Of a stretch of 64,000 nucleotides of DNA, positions 62,271 to 64,000 are shown one piece after another; position 1 is the first letter of the stretch, and each line of letters begins with the position of its first letter. The position numbers were made by a program, and so were the translations under genes. The DNA comes from Eledone cirrhosa. Lineage: Eukaryota. Under the pieces are notes generated by a model. That model ran no database searches and had not been told where the DNA came from. It saw nothing but the letters and a program-made list of their open reading frames with translations. The stretch spans positions 195,486,001 through 195,550,000 of the forward strand of contig OZ024740.1 of NCBI GenBank assembly GCA_964016885.1, given 5' to 3'.

Positions 62271-64000
62271 ATGAAGACGTCGCATCTCAGAGCTGCAACA
62301 CTTAATGTTGGCACTCTCAGAGGTAGATCTGCTGAAATAGCGGAGATGCTGGAGAGAAGGCAGGTGGATGTGTGCTGCGTGCAAGAGGTGAGATGGAGAG
62401 GTGCCTCTGCGAGACTAGTCGTAGGCAAGCGTCTTAGCTATAAGCTATTCTGGGTAGGTAAGGATGATGGGTTAGGGGGAGTAGGCATTTTCCTGGCTGA
62501 GAAATGGATCAATAAGACAATAGAGGTAGTTCGAGTTAGTAATCGAATAATTAAGCTTAGATTAGTTGTAGGTAGGAGACTACTGACAATCATCTCGGTC
62601 TATGCTCCCCAAGCAGGCCTAGGCAAAGATGAGAAAGACTGCTTTTATGAGCAACTCTTGCAAACAACCACAATGACAGAGGACGGAGACATCGTTATGC
62701 TAGCAGGAGACTTCAATGGTCATGTTGGACAGCTCCAGGATGGTTACACTGGGGTACATGGTGGGCACGGTTATGGTTCAAGAAATGAAGAAGGAGTGAG
62801 ACTTCTTGAATTTTGTGATGCAAGTACATTGACTATTTGCAACACAAACTTCCAGAAACCTGCCAATCACCTAATAACCTACAAATCTGGTGAGCACATA
62901 AGCCAGATTGACTTCCTGCTAGTTAGGCAGCGGGACAGGCAGATAGTGTCTAATACCAAGGCATACCCTGGGGAAGAATGTACCCCACAGCATAGGTTAG
63001 TTGTTAGTGATATCTCAGTAAGCAAGAGATGGAATGAGACATATAGGAAGGTGTGGAGAAGAAAGGTCTGGAAGCTAAAAGACCTTTCACTAAAATTCAA
63101 ATTTAGGAAAGCCCTTCAAGATGTATATGACGAAAAAGAAGACGATTTAGAGACGTATGACATAGATAATAACTGGAAGTTCTTACGTGACAACTTGCTG
63201 AAGGCTACTGATGAAACCTGTGGCTGGAGCAGAGCTCCAACCAGACAGAGAGTGACCTGGTGGTGGAACAGCAGTGTAGATAAGGCTATTAGAGACAAAA
63301 GACTAGCATGGAAGGCTTGGAATAAGGGTGGGAGTAGGGAAGAATATACGGCCACTAAGAGAGAAGCTAGACGCCAGGTGTACTTAGCACGCAGGGAGGC
63401 AGAGAGTAGGAGGTTTGCCAATGTTCTGCGACGGGAAGATCAGAGGCGTGCAGTGTTCCACATTGCAAGGCAGTGTGTCAATGCAAATCAGGATGTTGTT
63501 GGTGATAAATGTGTCCGGGATGATGCCGGTGTACTTAGTGTCACGAATGACCAGAAAAAGGAGGCCTGGAAATGTCATTATGAGAGACTGATGAATGTGG
63601 AGAACGAATGGGAAAGAGAAAAATTACCCTTGGTAGATCCGACAGAGGGACCAGCTATTGAGATTGACGAATATAGGGTCCAAGAGGCGATTAGGGAAAT
63701 GAAGAATGGTAAGGCGGCCGGACCATCGGGAATAGTTGCTGAGATGCTGAAGGCATCAGGGGACGTAGGCACTAAACTGGTTGCACGCATAATCAATCAG
63801 GCTATATATGGTGGTGTCATACCCAAAGACTGGTGCAGCAGTATTCTCATAAATTGCTACAAAGGTAAAGGGGATGCTTTGGAGAGGAGCAATTATAGGG
63901 GTATAAAACTGATAGATCAGGTTATGAAAGTGGCAGAAAGGATTTTAGCACAACTAATTAGAGAAAGGGTCAAACTAGATGAGATGCAGTTTGGTTTTGT
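62271..64000 (+). CDS. RTE LINE ORF (second family): APE plus start of RT, open to the window end
   Basis: MKTSHLRAATLNVGTL..CVQEVRW..VYAPQ..GDFNGH..IDFLL..NYRGI..EMQFGF in one frame; no stop seen before the window edge. Confidence 0.92.
   Translation, partial: MKTSHLRAATLNVGTLRGRSAEIAEMLERRQVDVCCVQEVRWRGASARLVVGKRLSYKLFWVGKDDGLGGVGIFLAEKWINKTIEVVRVSNRIIKLRLVVGRRLLTIISVYAPQAGLGKDEKDCFYEQLLQTTTMTEDGDIVMLAGDFNGHVGQLQDGYTGVHGGHGYGSRNEEGVRLLEFCDASTLTICNTNFQKPANHLITYKSGEHISQIDFLLVRQRDRQIVSNTKAYPGEECTPQHRLVVSDISVSKRWNETYRKVWRRKVWKLKDLSLKFKFRKALQDVYDEKEDDLETYDIDNNWKFLRDNLLKATDETCGWSRAPTRQRVTWWWNSSVDKAIRDKRLAWKAWNKGGSREEYTATKREARRQVYLARREAESRRFANVLRREDQRRAVFHIARQCVNANQDVVGDKCVRDDAGVLSVTNDQKKEAWKCHYERLMNVENEWEREKLPLVDPTEGPAIEIDEYRVQEAIREMKNGKAAGPSGIVAEMLKASGDVGTKLVARIINQAIYGGVIPKDWCSSILINCYKGKGDALERSNYRGIKLIDQVMKVAERILAQLIRERVKLDEMQFGF

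Overview
Eukaryotic, AT-rich, repeat-saturated window with no host gene that I can support. The SINE, RTE and microsatellite repertoire resembles a cephalopod (octopus-like) genome; this is inference. Coding content is all transposon-derived. There are several RTE-clade LINEs: one with an intact ~1060-aa APE-RT ORF at 17930-21112, a second family open to the window end from 62271, and a chimeric stack at 4348-10069. There are two Penelope-like elements (PLEs: a Hydra-clade-like one on +, a Nematis/Poseidon-like one on -), a full-length decayed DD37D (maT) transposon, hAT and piggyBac-type MITEs, Helitron-like pieces, two tRNA-derived SINE families and remnants of CRE, CR1 and other RTE lineages. 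The most striking non-coding signal, found by reading the sequence, is about 14 type-I hammerhead ribozyme motifs. They sit in PLE pseudo-LTRs, fold-back elements and tiny units lodged in (TA)n tracts, and include recurrent non-canonical variants: CCGANGA core, U3-A8 covariation, ~75-115-nt stem II regions and palindromic stem III. Other notable points: a PHD finger inserted inside the RTE reverse transcriptase, a SINE whose tail is a mosaic of two LINE 3' ends, an apparent template-jump chain, and an 80-bp tandem array fused to the 5'-truncated end of a PLE. All structures were paired by eye; no searches or folding computations were run.
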